Part shown: positions 49,737 to 60,094 of the stretch, one piece after another
Numbering within the stretch: position 1 is the stretch's first letter
Layout of the letters: each line of letters opens with the position of its first letter
From: a virus
Length of the DNA stretch: 64,000 nucleotides
IMG/VR virus record: IMGVR_UViG_3300037424_001177
Span: 1 to 64,000 of that record
Strand: one strand, 5' to 3'
Made by a program: the position numbers and the translations under genes
Notes under the pieces: generated by a model
The model's input: only the letters and a program-made list of their open reading frames with translations
Told to the model about the DNA's origin: nothing
The model's database searches: none

Positions 49737-51004
49737 TGAACCTTTCGCGCATGATCAAAGATAGCAGCCTGGTGGATTTGTCCTGGCTGAGGAAGCGAGA
49801 CACTGCACTTCCGAAACAGAATCTGGACACTGTTCCGGATCTACAAGTTTTGTGGGGGTTGAAAGATGGCCCTTCGGAGCGTTTGGTTCCCAATCTCGGT
49901 GAACCCAAAACGATGGGGGATCTCTCTACAGCTCACGGGAAGCTTCGGTCCTCACCAGAGGCGACGATTCGTGAAGTTGTTCGTACAGCACGTTTGGCTG
50001 TCATGCGCACAGCCAATTCACAAGAGATCCGGACCGCTTTGTTGTCACACCACGATACGACAAGCTTGCTGCTCGCGAAGAGTGAAGTGTTGCAGACACT
50101 TGCAGAGCGCGGACTTTTGGGTCGTCTCTACATCGCGGCCGAAGACTTCCCCAACTGTGCCAACCGATCCGCCAACGAGATCGATTTCGTACACCGTTTT
50201 GCGAGCACTAGTAGGTACTTGGTTGCAAAGACCGCGTGTCAAGACTGTTGTCACAAGCACAACAACCATTGTGGGGTTTTCCACAAACAGCTTGTTCTCG
50301 ACGTTCCTTACACTCCCGCCTTGGCAGAGAGCGTGGAGCAGTCTCGTGGGGTTCGAGGAAGTGCTGAGTCAGATCCGAAAACGCGTATCCGAAACGCATT
50401 CCTACCTACGCCTCCCTCCGCACCCTCACGTACTAGTTTTCCGAAAGTGGTAGAGGGAAGCACTCTGATCTCTCCGGATCGTTTGGTCCGCAAAGATCCC
50501 CCTCGTCTGACGCCAGTAGTTCGTGTTGCGTCTCAGTTGGTGAACACGGGGATGCAAGGCAACGCGCTGCTGTCTTCTTTGCAGTCTAAGTTTTTGCCTG
50601 CGGAATTGAAGGCGGAGGCTGTTGCGTTGCGCGAGTTACTTGCGTCGGGTCAAGGACGGACCTTCATTGACCCCACTGTCTACGATGATTACGGATCCTG
50701 TCGTACGGCTGCTCGTCAGTTTCGAGCAAAGACAGAAGTCGTGCGTGTGAAACAAGGTCCGAAGTGTGCTTCCTGTGTTCACCGAGCCGCAGGAACGGAT
50801 CTCTGTTCGGTTTTCAACAAGAAGATTTCGGCAGATCCTCCGAGGCCCGAACCAGTACTTGTTCAGAAGGTCGCTTCCGGGGCTTCTACACCCCCTTCGA
50901 TTGTGAAGGAATACGGGTTGACACAAAAGCCAATCACGATCACAGCGGAGAAAGACTCGAGTGTGTCGAGTGCTTCGATACAAATAGGTAGACAAAACTT
51001 GTGA
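49736..51004 (+). CDS. Cys-repeat (head-associated) protein
   Basis: Two C...CxxCxH...CxVFxK modules. Confidence 0.7.
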   Translation: MNLSRMIKDSSLVDLSWLRKRDTALPKQNLDTVPDLQVLWGLKDGPSERLVPNLGEPKTMGDLSTAHGKLRSSPEATIREVVRTARLAVMRTANSQEIRTALLSHHDTTSLLLAKSEVLQTLAERGLLGRLYIAAEDFPNCANRSANEIDFVHRFASTSRYLVAKTACQDCCHKHNNHCGVFHKQLVLDVPYTPALAESVEQSRGVRGSAESDPKTRIRNAFLPTPPSAPSRTSFPKVVEGSTLISPDRLVRKDPPRLTPVVRVASQLVNTGMQGNALLSSLQSKFLPAELKAEAVALRELLASGQGRTFIDPTVYDDYGSCRTAARQFRAKTEVVRVKQGPKCASCVHRAAGTDLCSVFNKKISADPPRPEPVLVQKVASGASTPPSIVKEYGLTQKPITITAEKDSSVSSASIQIGRQNL

Positions 51005-51369
51005 GTTCGGAATCGGCACGGAGAGTCGTACGGGCATACTTACGCCTGGCGGATCAACTGCCTGGCGGTCGCTCTCGTGCGCGGAAGAACACACAACCCG
51101 TCAACAAACCAAAGGGGATCACGGTCCCTTTGCAGCGTGAACAGGGGGCTGATTTGTCAGGGGACAATCCGGAGGCTGTGGAGCCCGATCGTCGAGACAT
51201 ACGCCCAAAGGATGTGTTCTCCCCGTCACCAAAGAACCTAGCTGTGCAAAACTTGTATGAGACAGGCCGTGATTTGGAACGGGCGATTGAGAGACAAGTT
51301 CCAAAGGATCGTGGGTACGGTTCTGTTTACAACTTGTCTCAGTATTTGATCAAGACGGAGGATTTGTGA
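51001..51369 (+). CDS. Hypothetical (head-associated) protein
   Basis: N-terminal ARRVVRAYLRLA. Confidence 0.65.
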   Translation: MSSESARRVVRAYLRLADQLPGGRSRARKNTQPVNKPKGITVPLQREQGADLSGDNPEAVEPDRRDIRPKDVFSPSPKNLAVQNLYETGRDLERAIERQVPKDRGYGSVYNLSQYLIKTEDL

Positions 51370-51962
51370 AGCCGTTAGACGACCAGCCAAATGACGTAGT
51401 TGGAACACGCGAAGCTTTGGAAGCTGCTCGGGCAGCGGCTGGCGGAGACATCATTCCAATTGCTCAAGGTCGACGACAACGCGGGCTTCGCACGGCGGCT
51501 AAAAAGATTCTTGATCAAGATTCGACAAATGAGCAGGTAGACGTCCAACGCAAGCACTATCTGAAAAACAACGATCTGATACGTTACGCTGAGGAACGCA
51601 AAGGTGGAGCGACCCTCGATTTGTTGTACACGGTCCGTCGTGAGATAGCCGAAGAGGTTTCGGCTATGCATTTCAATCGAGAGCTGTTGGACCGGAACGG
51701 CTACGACTCGACGACGGTTTCACGAACTCGTGTTATCGCGTTACGCGAGCTGATGCGATTGGAAGTCGAACTGCAACGCATGAATGGTGGATCTATCAAC
51801 TTGCGCGGAGACAAGTTCCAGAAAGTGTTCTCACATTTTATTGACGTTATCCGCGACGCAGCTCAAGCGACTTTGGCTCCTGAACAGGTGAACGTATTTT
51901 TCAATGCCCTGGAGAACAGGTTGGTAGGTTGGGAGGAACGCGTCGACAGCCTGGCTCGTTAA
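51366..51962 (+). CDS. Putative terminase small subunit
   Basis: Helical 198-aa protein immediately upstream of terL; positional call only. Confidence 0.45.
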   Translation: MKPLDDQPNDVVGTREALEAARAAAGGDIIPIAQGRRQRGLRTAAKKILDQDSTNEQVDVQRKHYLKNNDLIRYAEERKGGATLDLLYTVRREIAEEVSAMHFNRELLDRNGYDSTTVSRTRVIALRELMRLEVELQRMNGGSINLRGDKFQKVFSHFIDVIRDAAQATLAPEQVNVFFNALENRLVGWEERVDSLAR

Positions 51963-51967
51963 ATGCC

Positions 51968-53953
51968 ATGGCTGCAAATATCGACACTCCCGCTGGGTCG
52001 CTTGCGGCACTCATACGACAAGCTGGTAGGGATATTGCCAAGGTAGATGGCGACAACAACGTAATAGCTCCGATTTTTGATGTGCTCACGTATGCCGAGA
52101 GTTCTTGGGGACTCGGCATGAAGCTCTACCCGGTTCAGCGATTCATCATCAAGCTCTACTACGGACTCGATCTGTCGGATCGTTTGCCGGATGACCTGCC
52201 GGATCGGATCGTCATCACGGACATGTTCAAAACTCGTACGTTGTATGAGTTTACGGAGGTAGAGTACCTTCACTATTTGTACAATGAGGGTCGTTGTAAC
52301 ATCAACGAGCCGTCATATGACCGACGTGAATTGGTTTTGGCTGTTGGTCGACGGTCTGGCAAGACTGCCATGGCAGGGATTTTTGCAAGCTACGAGGTCT
52401 ATCGGCTACTGAATCTGTATGACCCTCAAGCATACTACGGACTCATTGACGGCAGTCGGATCCAGCTGACGTCCATTGGCACGGACAAGGAACAAGCTGG
52501 ATTGTTGTTCAATGAGGTGGCAACACATGTTGGGAGATGTTCGTACTTCAAGCCGTTCATCGCCAACAACAACCTCACGTTCATGAACTTTCGCACACCG
52601 CGTGATCTCGAGAAACACGGGGTCTCTACTCGAGAGAGTGATGGTAAGTACACGACGTTTTCTGGTAAAGCGTCGATTCGTGTGACTTTCAAACCTTGTG
52701 TCGCACGGAGCCTGCGCGGTCCAGGTAACATCTTGGTTGTGCTGGATGAGGTCGCGCATTATTTGACGAAGGGCGGGAGGTCAGCTGAAGAGATTTACTC
52801 GGCATTGACACCTTCGACCGCGGCGTACACACGAAAGGACCCGATTACAAAACGAATTCTTATTGATTCAGTGACACAACAGGAAGCCCTCGTTGAGTCG
52901 AGAATCATTCTGATCTCTTCACCTTTGGGTAAGTCAGGGAAGTTTTTCGATCAGTACGATTTGGCGATGCGTAACGACCCTGGTGCTGCGTACACCTTGG
53001 CGATTCAAGCTCCGACCTGGGAGGTCAACCCAACAGTCTCTGGTGCTTACTTTCGGACTGAGTACCACAAAAACGCCGTTGTGTTCATGACGGAGTATGG
53101 TGCCAGATTTTCCGATCAAAGCGTTGGGTGGATTGAACGCAAGTCTGATTTGTTGGCTTGCGTCGACCGTGACTTGAGGCCTAAGTCCCGTGCTCGTCCT
53201 CGTGAACCTCACCAGATGGGGTTAGACGTAGGTTTGGTCAATGATGGTACAGTGATTTGTATCACACACCCGGAGCGCAACACTGTCGTCCTGGACTACC
53301 ATGAGGTTTGGCGTGCAGGGTGCCAGTGGAAAGACCTAAACCCGCATTTGGAAGGCCGCTATTCGACCGAGTTTGCAAAGTCTTTGCAGGATGTGGAACG
53401 GCTAGATTTTGACGAGATCGCCAAGTGGATTGAGCTAGTCTGTTCGTGGTTTCACGTCACAGCTGGCTTGTTCGACAGGTGGAACGGTTTGCCTTTGGAG
53501 CAGACGTTACACAAGAAGGGGCTCAAGCAATTCACGTCACAGTTTTTCACGCCTGATCAACGTAGCAAGATGTTCCAAAACGCCAAGATGTTGATGTACG
53601 ACGGTCGACTTCGGCTCTACGACTACCCTATTCCAGAGCGGGCTCGTGATGGAGAGCGCCACTCGGACCTCATCCTCGAGCTGTTTGCTTTGCAAGCTAC
53701 TTTGAAGACGAAGTACATGGTGAACGTCCAAGCACCTCAGAAGCACGGTTCTTTCGACGACTCTGCTGACGCATACGTACGAGCTGTGTCTCTCTCTTCA
53801 GAGTTTCTCGAAAATCAGAAACATGCGGCCACCGGCTCGTTGTTTTCGCGAGATCCTACCTACACGACTATGACGCCTCGTCGATACCAGATGATGCGGG
53901 CACGTCGCCACGGGGTTTCTCCGCGGTTCGTTCCTCGACGTGCCAGGTTCTGA
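51968..53953 (+). CDS. terL: Terminase large subunit
   Basis: LYPVQ, Walker A GRRSGKT, Walker B VVLDEVAH, ISSP, nuclease GLDVG..ND and DDSADA. Confidence 0.92.
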   Translation: MAANIDTPAGSLAALIRQAGRDIAKVDGDNNVIAPIFDVLTYAESSWGLGMKLYPVQRFIIKLYYGLDLSDRLPDDLPDRIVITDMFKTRTLYEFTEVEYLHYLYNEGRCNINEPSYDRRELVLAVGRRSGKTAMAGIFASYEVYRLLNLYDPQAYYGLIDGSRIQLTSIGTDKEQAGLLFNEVATHVGRCSYFKPFIANNNLTFMNFRTPRDLEKHGVSTRESDGKYTTFSGKASIRVTFKPCVARSLRGPGNILVVLDEVAHYLTKGGRSAEEIYSALTPSTAAYTRKDPITKRILIDSVTQQEALVESRIILISSPLGKSGKFFDQYDLAMRNDPGAAYTLAIQAPTWEVNPTVSGAYFRTEYHKNAVVFMTEYGARFSDQSVGWIERKSDLLACVDRDLRPKSRARPREPHQMGLDVGLVNDGTVICITHPERNTVVLDYHEVWRAGCQWKDLNPHLEGRYSTEFAKSLQDVERLDFDEIAKWIELVCSWFHVTAGLFDRWNGLPLEQTLHKKGLKQFTSQFFTPDQRSKMFQNAKMLMYDGRLRLYDYPIPERARDGERHSDLILELFALQATLKTKYMVNVQAPQKHGSFDDSADAYVRAVSLSSEFLENQKHAATGSLFSRDPTYTTMTPRRYQMMRARRHGVSPRFVPRRARF

Positions 53954-53959
53954 GGTTGT

Positions 53960-54208
53960 ATGGATTCTGTTGAGATACCAGACGTGATCTTCGCGAATCG
54001 TGTGATTCGTCAGTTCGTGGACCACTTATGTGGAGAAGACCTTGTGACGTCTACGCAGGACTTTGCCGCGATTCGAAATGTGTTTCGGAGATGTCGGGGA
54101 AACTGGGAGGCGCTGGTTAGCGGATCCATGTTGCAGCTCAGCTTGTTGGAAAAAGTAATAGCTGCGTGGAGCAAGATGCCAACACGTACTCGAACACCCA
54201 AGGACTGA
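53960..54208 (+). CDS. Hypothetical protein
   Basis: SD GAGG; operon context. Confidence 0.6.
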   Translation: MDSVEIPDVIFANRVIRQFVDHLCGEDLVTSTQDFAAIRNVFRRCRGNWEALVSGSMLQLSLLEKVIAAWSKMPTRTRTPKD

Positions 54209-54211
54209 GAC

Positions 54212-54730
54212 GTGTCAGAGCAATTTCGCACGCGAGACTGCGTGATCTTGTTTCGTAGTGACGAGTACCCCGTCATTGTATCTGAAGCGTTGGCCGCGGG
54301 AGGATGGCCTGGAGGCCAAGGAATTCGTTGGGTTCCTTCTACGAGAGATGAGTTTTTGGTCACCTATTCTGATGGTGAGCCGGGTGGTTTCATTCTTTGG
54401 GGTTCTAACGAGATCTCAGATCAGTTCACATCGATGACTCGTAACCAGCCGTTTTATCGAGTTTCGACCATGGCCGTAGGGTCGTGGCTTATCATGACCT
54501 CGACTTACGAGCGCTACACCTACGCCTCTCGAACAGCAGGTCCCCTTGTACCGCTGGCGTACAACGCTTCAGATCGTTTGCGTTTCTCTCTTCGTGGTTT
54601 TTGGACAGTGGAAGACGAGTGGACGCTCTCGGCTGATCCACGGGCTCCAAACACAAACTACACAGGTCTTGTTGTTCAAGCACCAACCGCGGTGACCGAG
54701 GACTACTTGACCGTCCAGACGACCTTGTAA
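54212..54730 (+). CDS. Virion protein paralog 1 (decoration-like)
   Basis: RTRDCV, GGWPGGQG, WGSxE, ERYTYASR shared with the next two genes. Confidence 0.7.
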   Translation: MSEQFRTRDCVILFRSDEYPVIVSEALAAGGWPGGQGIRWVPSTRDEFLVTYSDGEPGGFILWGSNEISDQFTSMTRNQPFYRVSTMAVGSWLIMTSTYERYTYASRTAGPLVPLAYNASDRLRFSLRGFWTVEDEWTLSADPRAPNTNYTGLVVQAPTAVTEDYLTVQTTL

Positions 54731-55251
54731 TGACTGAACTGTTTAGGACTCGGGACTGTGTCGTCTTCCACCGAAGCGATGCCTATCCAGTTGCGATCAC
54801 GCCTACGGCTCAGGTTGGAGGATGGCCTGGCGGTCAAGGATTTCAGTGGCAGGACTCTCTGCAAGATGAATTTCTTACGACGTACTCAGACGGTTCTTTC
54901 GGAGGTTTTGCTCTCTGGGGGTCAGATGAATCTTCGGATCAGTATATCTCGCTCGTCGGCAACCAGGTTAGGTACGGCGCTGTCATTTTGTGCATTGGCA
55001 GTTGGCTGATCGCTACGACAACTTTTGAGCGTTACACCTACGCCTCACGCATTGGTGGCGGTCCTTTGGTTCCCTTGGTCTACGTGGAAGGTTCAAAGCT
55101 GCGTTTCTCTCTTCGTGGTTTTTGGACAGTGGAAGACGAGTGGACCTTGTCAGCCGACCCTCGAGCCCCAAACACAAACTACACAGGTCTTGTTGTTCAA
55201 GCACCAACTGTCATTACGGACAACTATTTGACTCTTCAAACGATTCTGTGA
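54730..55251 (+). CDS. Virion protein paralog 2
   Basis: Same shared motifs. Confidence 0.7.
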   Translation: MTELFRTRDCVVFHRSDAYPVAITPTAQVGGWPGGQGFQWQDSLQDEFLTTYSDGSFGGFALWGSDESSDQYISLVGNQVRYGAVILCIGSWLIATTTFERYTYASRIGGGPLVPLVYVEGSKLRFSLRGFWTVEDEWTLSADPRAPNTNYTGLVVQAPTVITDNYLTLQTIL

Positions 55252-55256
55252 TCTTC

Positions 55257-55775
55257 ATGTTGGACACGCTTCGTACACGGGATTGTGTCGTCTTCTACAA
55301 GGAAGACTCGACGACCGTTACCGTTCAACCAACCATGGTTGTTGGAGGATGGCCTGGCGGCCAAGGGATCCGTTGGTCCAATGTGCCGATTGATGATCGG
55401 ACGGTAGACTACTCTGATGGGCGAGCTTGTGGGTTTTTGATTTGGGGATCGGATGAACCAGGGGACGACTTTGCTTCGACGACTCGGCAACAACTTGTCT
55501 ACCGATATGCAACCATGCTTTTTGGTGGATGTCTTATTTCTACCTCGACTTACGAGCGTTACACCTACGCCTCACGCATTGGTGGCGGTCCGTTGGTTCC
55601 GTTGATCTACACAGTCAACCAACTCTTGTATTTCTCAAGTCGCGGTTTCTGGACATCTGAAGACGAACTGACACTGTCAGGCAGCTTATTTGCTCCGGCA
55701 GCGCTGGTTGGACGTGTTGCACAATTGCCGAAATCTGTGAACAGTGCGTTTCTTGGCATACAGGTGTCTATCTAG
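55257..55775 (+). CDS. Virion protein paralog 3
   Basis: Same shared motifs. Confidence 0.7.
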   Translation: MLDTLRTRDCVVFYKEDSTTVTVQPTMVVGGWPGGQGIRWSNVPIDDRTVDYSDGRACGFLIWGSDEPGDDFASTTRQQLVYRYATMLFGGCLISTSTYERYTYASRIGGGPLVPLIYTVNQLLYFSSRGFWTSEDELTLSGSLFAPAALVGRVAQLPKSVNSAFLGIQVSI

Positions 55776-55777
55776 CT

Positions 55778-56194
55778 ATGCCCACCGTGCCCGTCCCATC
55801 CAGTGCCGAAGTTGACTCTGATCGGGAGTTGCTTTCGATGCACGATACCCACAAGGGTCTGGTGGCGGATTTGGAGCGTGTGACTCGCGACGTGTACCAG
55901 TCGTCGGTGAATTTGCGGGAGACAGCACGTAGGTTGTCACCCTCATCGTCTGTGGCGTCTGGATACCTTATTTTTGCCAACGCTTACGTGAGATTTGCCG
56001 GAGCAGTCGCTCAAGGTCTCCGTCGAACCAGCGTGGTGGAGAGAATTGTAGAACACGCTAGGGCAGAGGCTGAAGAGGACCGTGTGCGAAGAGAGCAGCA
56101 GTCTAGAGAGAAGCAACAGAAACCCACACGCCGTTTGGCTCCTGTTTCCGTGCCTGACACCTTAGACGACCTGTTCGGTGAAATCGAAGCTTGA
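55778..56194 (+). CDS. Hypothetical protein
   Basis: Operon context. Confidence 0.65.
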   Translation: MPTVPVPSSAEVDSDRELLSMHDTHKGLVADLERVTRDVYQSSVNLRETARRLSPSSSVASGYLIFANAYVRFAGAVAQGLRRTSVVERIVEHARAEAEEDRVRREQQSREKQQKPTRRLAPVSVPDTLDDLFGEIEA

Positions 56195-58029
56195 TGGCCT
56201 ACTCAAATTTTCCGAGACGATATTCTGCTGTGATTCAGGTTCCAGATTCGCGTAGCTTGACCAAGCCCTACGTGTCTGGGGCGTACAGTAGCCAGCTGAC
56301 GTTCAAGGAGCGTCTTGCCCGTCGTGTTCAGTCGAGTGGGGCTTTGGGTGGGTTCGGACTCAGCAGCATGGGTCTTGGAGGCGGAACAGGGATTGGTTTG
56401 GGTGCTGCTGGTGGGACCATGCAAAGCTCCCAGAGCAACTTCTACAGCCCCCAGCTATCCACGGACTTCCTCGAGCTGCCGCAAAGCGTTCGTGAGCGAC
56501 GAGAGATTTTCCGGCACTTCTACAACTCGGATGAGATAGTCGGACAAGCCATTGACATCCACACAGAGCTTCCTCTCTCGAAAGTTCGACTGACTGCCCC
56601 GAAACCCCTCAAAGCACCAGAGGGTTTCAGCTCACCGGAGAATTACGGGAAATACATTCTCAGTCGTTTCGAGCGCATGTGCAAGAAGATCAAGTTGTTC
56701 CAACGACTGATCACGATCGTACATCACTACTGGCTCGATGGCGTCACGTGCATTTTTGCCGAGGACTCGTCGGTTGAAGTCCCGGAAGACGTGGGTCGCA
56801 CAAAGAAGACGATCAAGGAAGCTGTCTTGCGTGAGGATGGAACTACATTCGACCAAGACAAGACAATTTGGGAAGACACCCCCGAGACGGATGCGGCCGA
56901 ATCAGCTTACTACAAGAAACACTATGTGGGGTGGGATCGACTGATAGTAATACCTATTGATAAAGTGAAAATCACCACGTTCAGCTACAGTGATCGTCCT
57001 CTTATTGAGTTGATTCCGTCTGAGCGCGACCGTCAAATGATTGAGCGCGCGAAAACCGGAGATGTCGACGCGAAAAAATTGGTTGAACAAATTCCGAATG
57101 AGGTCCGAAGTTGTCTCGAAGCGGGCAAGACAATACCGCTTGGCACCGATCCAGACAAAGGATCGTTCGGTTACATTTTGACCGGCAGCAAAGACGCTGA
57201 CATCAGTATCGGTCAACCAATATTGGGGAGATGCCTTAGATCCTTGATCTATATTGATAAGCTCCGACAGGCTCAGACGTCCATCGCGTCTCGGGCAATG
57301 ACACCTAAGCGCATCGTATGGGCCGAAGGGTTGAGCGACATCGATACTGACGCGTTGCGTGAGCAGGTGGATCTGGCGCTCGTCGATCCTGACTACTCGA
57401 TTGTCGCCAATTACGAAGTCCACTGGGAGGAGATGGGGGCCCGAGATCGTCTCCTGGATTTGTCAGCGGAGTACGAACAAGTCCAACGTAGAATCTTGGC
57501 AGGTCTCGGCGTGACGGAAAGTTTGATGTCTGGGGAGTCTTTGTACTCCGGTGACCGTCTTAAGCTTGAAGTCATCAATCAACGTTACTTGCATCTTCGG
57601 GAGATCTTGCAGGAGTACGTCGAGGAGTACCTTTTCCGCCCGATAGCAAGGCGCATGGGATTCATTGAGGAGGACGAGTGGGGGCAGGAAGTCGTGTTGT
57701 GTCCGAAGCTGTCTTTCACACGCTTGCCGTTGAGGGATAGCCAAGACACATTCAACGACCTCTACAATCTGTACTCGAAGGGGTCGATCTCAATCGACCT
57801 CATTCTTGAGACGTTGAATATCGACCCTGGCGATACGAAGTCCAAAATCGAACGTGATCTTTTCACGGTCAACGACGCTATATTCAACGAGGTCTTGCGT
57901 TCGCTTTACAACGAAGTGGGGCGTCTCTTGGTCGACAAGACAGACGTCTTGGAGCGTATTTCCAAGTACCTGAAGCTCGAGATGAACTCCAAAGATGAAG
58001 CCCTACCGGAAGAAGGTCGGTTCGGGTGA
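56194..58029 (+). CDS. Portal protein
   Basis: About 610 aa, FY..DEIVGQAID.HTELPLS, G.PIL.R, ILAGLGV; lies between terL and the protease. Confidence 0.8.
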   Translation: MAYSNFPRRYSAVIQVPDSRSLTKPYVSGAYSSQLTFKERLARRVQSSGALGGFGLSSMGLGGGTGIGLGAAGGTMQSSQSNFYSPQLSTDFLELPQSVRERREIFRHFYNSDEIVGQAIDIHTELPLSKVRLTAPKPLKAPEGFSSPENYGKYILSRFERMCKKIKLFQRLITIVHHYWLDGVTCIFAEDSSVEVPEDVGRTKKTIKEAVLREDGTTFDQDKTIWEDTPETDAAESAYYKKHYVGWDRLIVIPIDKVKITTFSYSDRPLIELIPSERDRQMIERAKTGDVDAKKLVEQIPNEVRSCLEAGKTIPLGTDPDKGSFGYILTGSKDADISIGQPILGRCLRSLIYIDKLRQAQTSIASRAMTPKRIVWAEGLSDIDTDALREQVDLALVDPDYSIVANYEVHWEEMGARDRLLDLSAEYEQVQRRILAGLGVTESLMSGESLYSGDRLKLEVINQRYLHLREILQEYVEEYLFRPIARRMGFIEEDEWGQEVVLCPKLSFTRLPLRDSQDTFNDLYNLYSKGSISIDLILETLNIDPGDTKSKIERDLFTVNDAIFNEVLRSLYNEVGRLLVDKTDVLERISKYLKLEMNSKDEALPEEGRFG

Positions 58030-59126
58030 TAAGGCATCCTGACCACGTTTCGGGGTCGCTGATCTTAGCTCCGAAGTCGATGACCAAGAGGGCCATACGT
58101 ATTTCTGGCAACCGACACCTCGTTGTAACGGACGTTTACGACCTGTATTGGTTTTTCGCGTACGCTCGTCAGGACATCTTTTATCGTCGAGTCGCCGGAG
58201 AGGATCCTCCGTGGACTACGAACCCGATCTTCAATAGGTACCGTTTTTGTAATGTGTATCGAGTGTCGGACCGCGTGAGCCAGTACTTGATCCGACACGT
58301 GATCTACGAAGGGATCCAGTCGCCTGAGGAGATCCTTTTCCGAATCATGCTTTTTCGGGTGTTCAACAAGATCGAGACTTGGGAATGGTTGGTTTCACAA
58401 CACGGTGAGTTGACGTGGAAAACTTTCTCATACCAATTGTACGCAAGGTCGTTGGACTTGTTGAAGGTCTATGGAGAGCCCGTCTACAACCATGCTTACA
58501 TACTCCCGTGTCCAAACATTGACAATTTGAGGTGCAAGCACCATGCACATTTGCGGCTGTTGGAGCAGTCGATGTTGGGTGAGCTGCCGATGCTTGTGTA
58601 CACGGCTGACACGTTTGAAACCCTTTACCGAAGGATTCATGCGATCCCGTCGTTTGGACCGTTCCTCGCTTTCCAGTTGGCCATCGACATCAACTATAGC
58701 CCGATCTGTAATTTTTCCGAGAACGACTACGTCGTTGCGGGGCTTGGCGCCAAAGACGGGATCCGGAAGTGCTTCACAGACATTGGGGACTTGTCGGAAG
58801 CGGACATCATCAAGGTCGTCTGTGATAGAGCCGAAGAGGAGTTCCATTCCCGAGGCCTACTCTGGAAGGGCTTGTGGGGACGCCCCCTGCAACTGATCGA
58901 TTGTCAGAACTTGTTCTGCGAGATCGGTAAGTACTCCCGGGCTTCACATCCCGCTTTCAAAGGGATGCTTAAGCGCGTCAGAATCAAGAATCGCTACCGT
59001 CCTAAGCCATTTCCTGTACCTCAGTGGTATCCGCCGAAGTGGGGTCTTGTGCCTGATCCGACGAACATGATGCGACAAGGTTCCGCTGGATACCTGCACG
59101 AGCAGCTGGCACCGCGTTCTGCATAG
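58026..59126 (+). CDS. aGPT-Pplase1 / 5-hmdU DNA kinase-like protein
   Basis: RQ.IF.RR..G..PPWT.NPI...YRFCNVYR..DRVS, FR.FNKIETW, GPFLAFQ..ID, QN.FCE..KY. Confidence 0.85.
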   Translation: MIRHPDHVSGSLILAPKSMTKRAIRISGNRHLVVTDVYDLYWFFAYARQDIFYRRVAGEDPPWTTNPIFNRYRFCNVYRVSDRVSQYLIRHVIYEGIQSPEEILFRIMLFRVFNKIETWEWLVSQHGELTWKTFSYQLYARSLDLLKVYGEPVYNHAYILPCPNIDNLRCKHHAHLRLLEQSMLGELPMLVYTADTFETLYRRIHAIPSFGPFLAFQLAIDINYSPICNFSENDYVVAGLGAKDGIRKCFTDIGDLSEADIIKVVCDRAEEEFHSRGLLWKGLWGRPLQLIDCQNLFCEIGKYSRASHPAFKGMLKRVRIKNRYRPKPFPVPQWYPPKWGLVPDPTNMMRQGSAGYLHEQLAPRSA

Positions 59127-59133
59127 GCCCGTG

Positions 59134-59145
59134 AATTGTTTGTTC
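59134..59145 (+). promoter_or_regulatory. Late-type promoter-like motif
   Basis: AATTGTTTGTTC begins 25 nt before GTG 59159. Confidence 0.5.
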
Positions 59146-59158
59146 GCCCGTCTCTTTT

Positions 59159-60094
59159 GTGGAGTTGCGGGCGACTAAAACTGTCGGTGAGCGTGAAGAG
59201 GACGAAGAGGCTCGTCTGGTTAGGGAGTCCCCTCGAGACAAGCCCCCGCGGCACGACAGGCAGCGCAACCAAGTCGATCCTGAACCTGAGCGGGATCCAG
59301 ATACGGATAGCGACCCGGACCGCAGCAAGAACTACAAATCGATTGGCGGATCTTCTTATGATTTCCGAAAATCGATGAAGTTGGTTGAAGCTGTTTACCA
59401 CGGCGTCGATCCTAAGGATCACAAGCCCCCGGCCGGAGCTACGTGGGAGCAACGTCGGGACCCCGATGAGAGCTTGATCCTTAGGCTTGCGCGTGAGCAC
59501 TTGGATTCAGAGCTTCTGCGTCTGATGGATCCTGAGACCAAGTACCGAGCAGCTTTGGACCTGGCGATATGTGGTGCTGGTCCTACGACCAGCACGGACT
59601 TGGATCCCATGGTCTACAACCGCTTGCTTGCCAAGTTGTCTGGTCGATCTGAGCCAGGGGTTGGGAAGAATACTCTTTTGACAATTCAGTCAAGTACGAG
59701 AGGAACAGTTATGACGAAAGAGCAGAAGACAGCAGTCGATACGGTTTTGAGCAACCTCGATACAGCTGCAAACACAATTCAGGAGCGACACGCGTCTTGG
59801 GGCATGCCGTTTGAAACGGCCAAGGGGCTTGTCAATCATTTGGACAAAGTCGCGGATCGCGTCGAAGCAGGTATGTACGGGCGGGGCTCGTTGGTGAGAC
59901 GTCAAGTTGAGACTCTGAAGAACGCTAAGGTCTTGAAGAGCGATTCCGACGAGCCGTACATGTCGACGTTCAATTCCCCTTCGAAGCCCATACAGACCGA
60001 CGCTGACGAGCCCTACATGGCGGCTTACGCTGACGACCAAACACAGGCGGTTCAGGACGGCAAGTCATCTACAGGGCGCGCTCTCGCACCGTGA
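59159..60094 (+). CDS. Head-associated protein with a DxDEPYM tandem repeat
   Basis: DSDEPYMSTF / DADEPYMAAY; possible internal start at 59711. Confidence 0.7.
   Translation: MELRATKTVGEREEDEEARLVRESPRDKPPRHDRQRNQVDPEPERDPDTDSDPDRSKNYKSIGGSSYDFRKSMKLVEAVYHGVDPKDHKPPAGATWEQRRDPDESLILRLAREHLDSELLRLMDPETKYRAALDLAICGAGPTTSTDLDPMVYNRLLAKLSGRSEPGVGKNTLLTIQSSTRGTVMTKEQKTAVDTVLSNLDTAANTIQERHASWGMPFETAKGLVNHLDKVADRVEAGMYGRGSLVRRQVETLKNAKVLKSDSDEPYMSTFNSPSKPIQTDADEPYMAAYADDQTQAVQDGKSSTGRALAP

Noticed and set aside
54212-55775. Diversity-generating retroelement TR/VR pair
   Set aside because: Differences between the repeats are synonymous and not adenine-specific, and there is no reverse transcriptase in the window.
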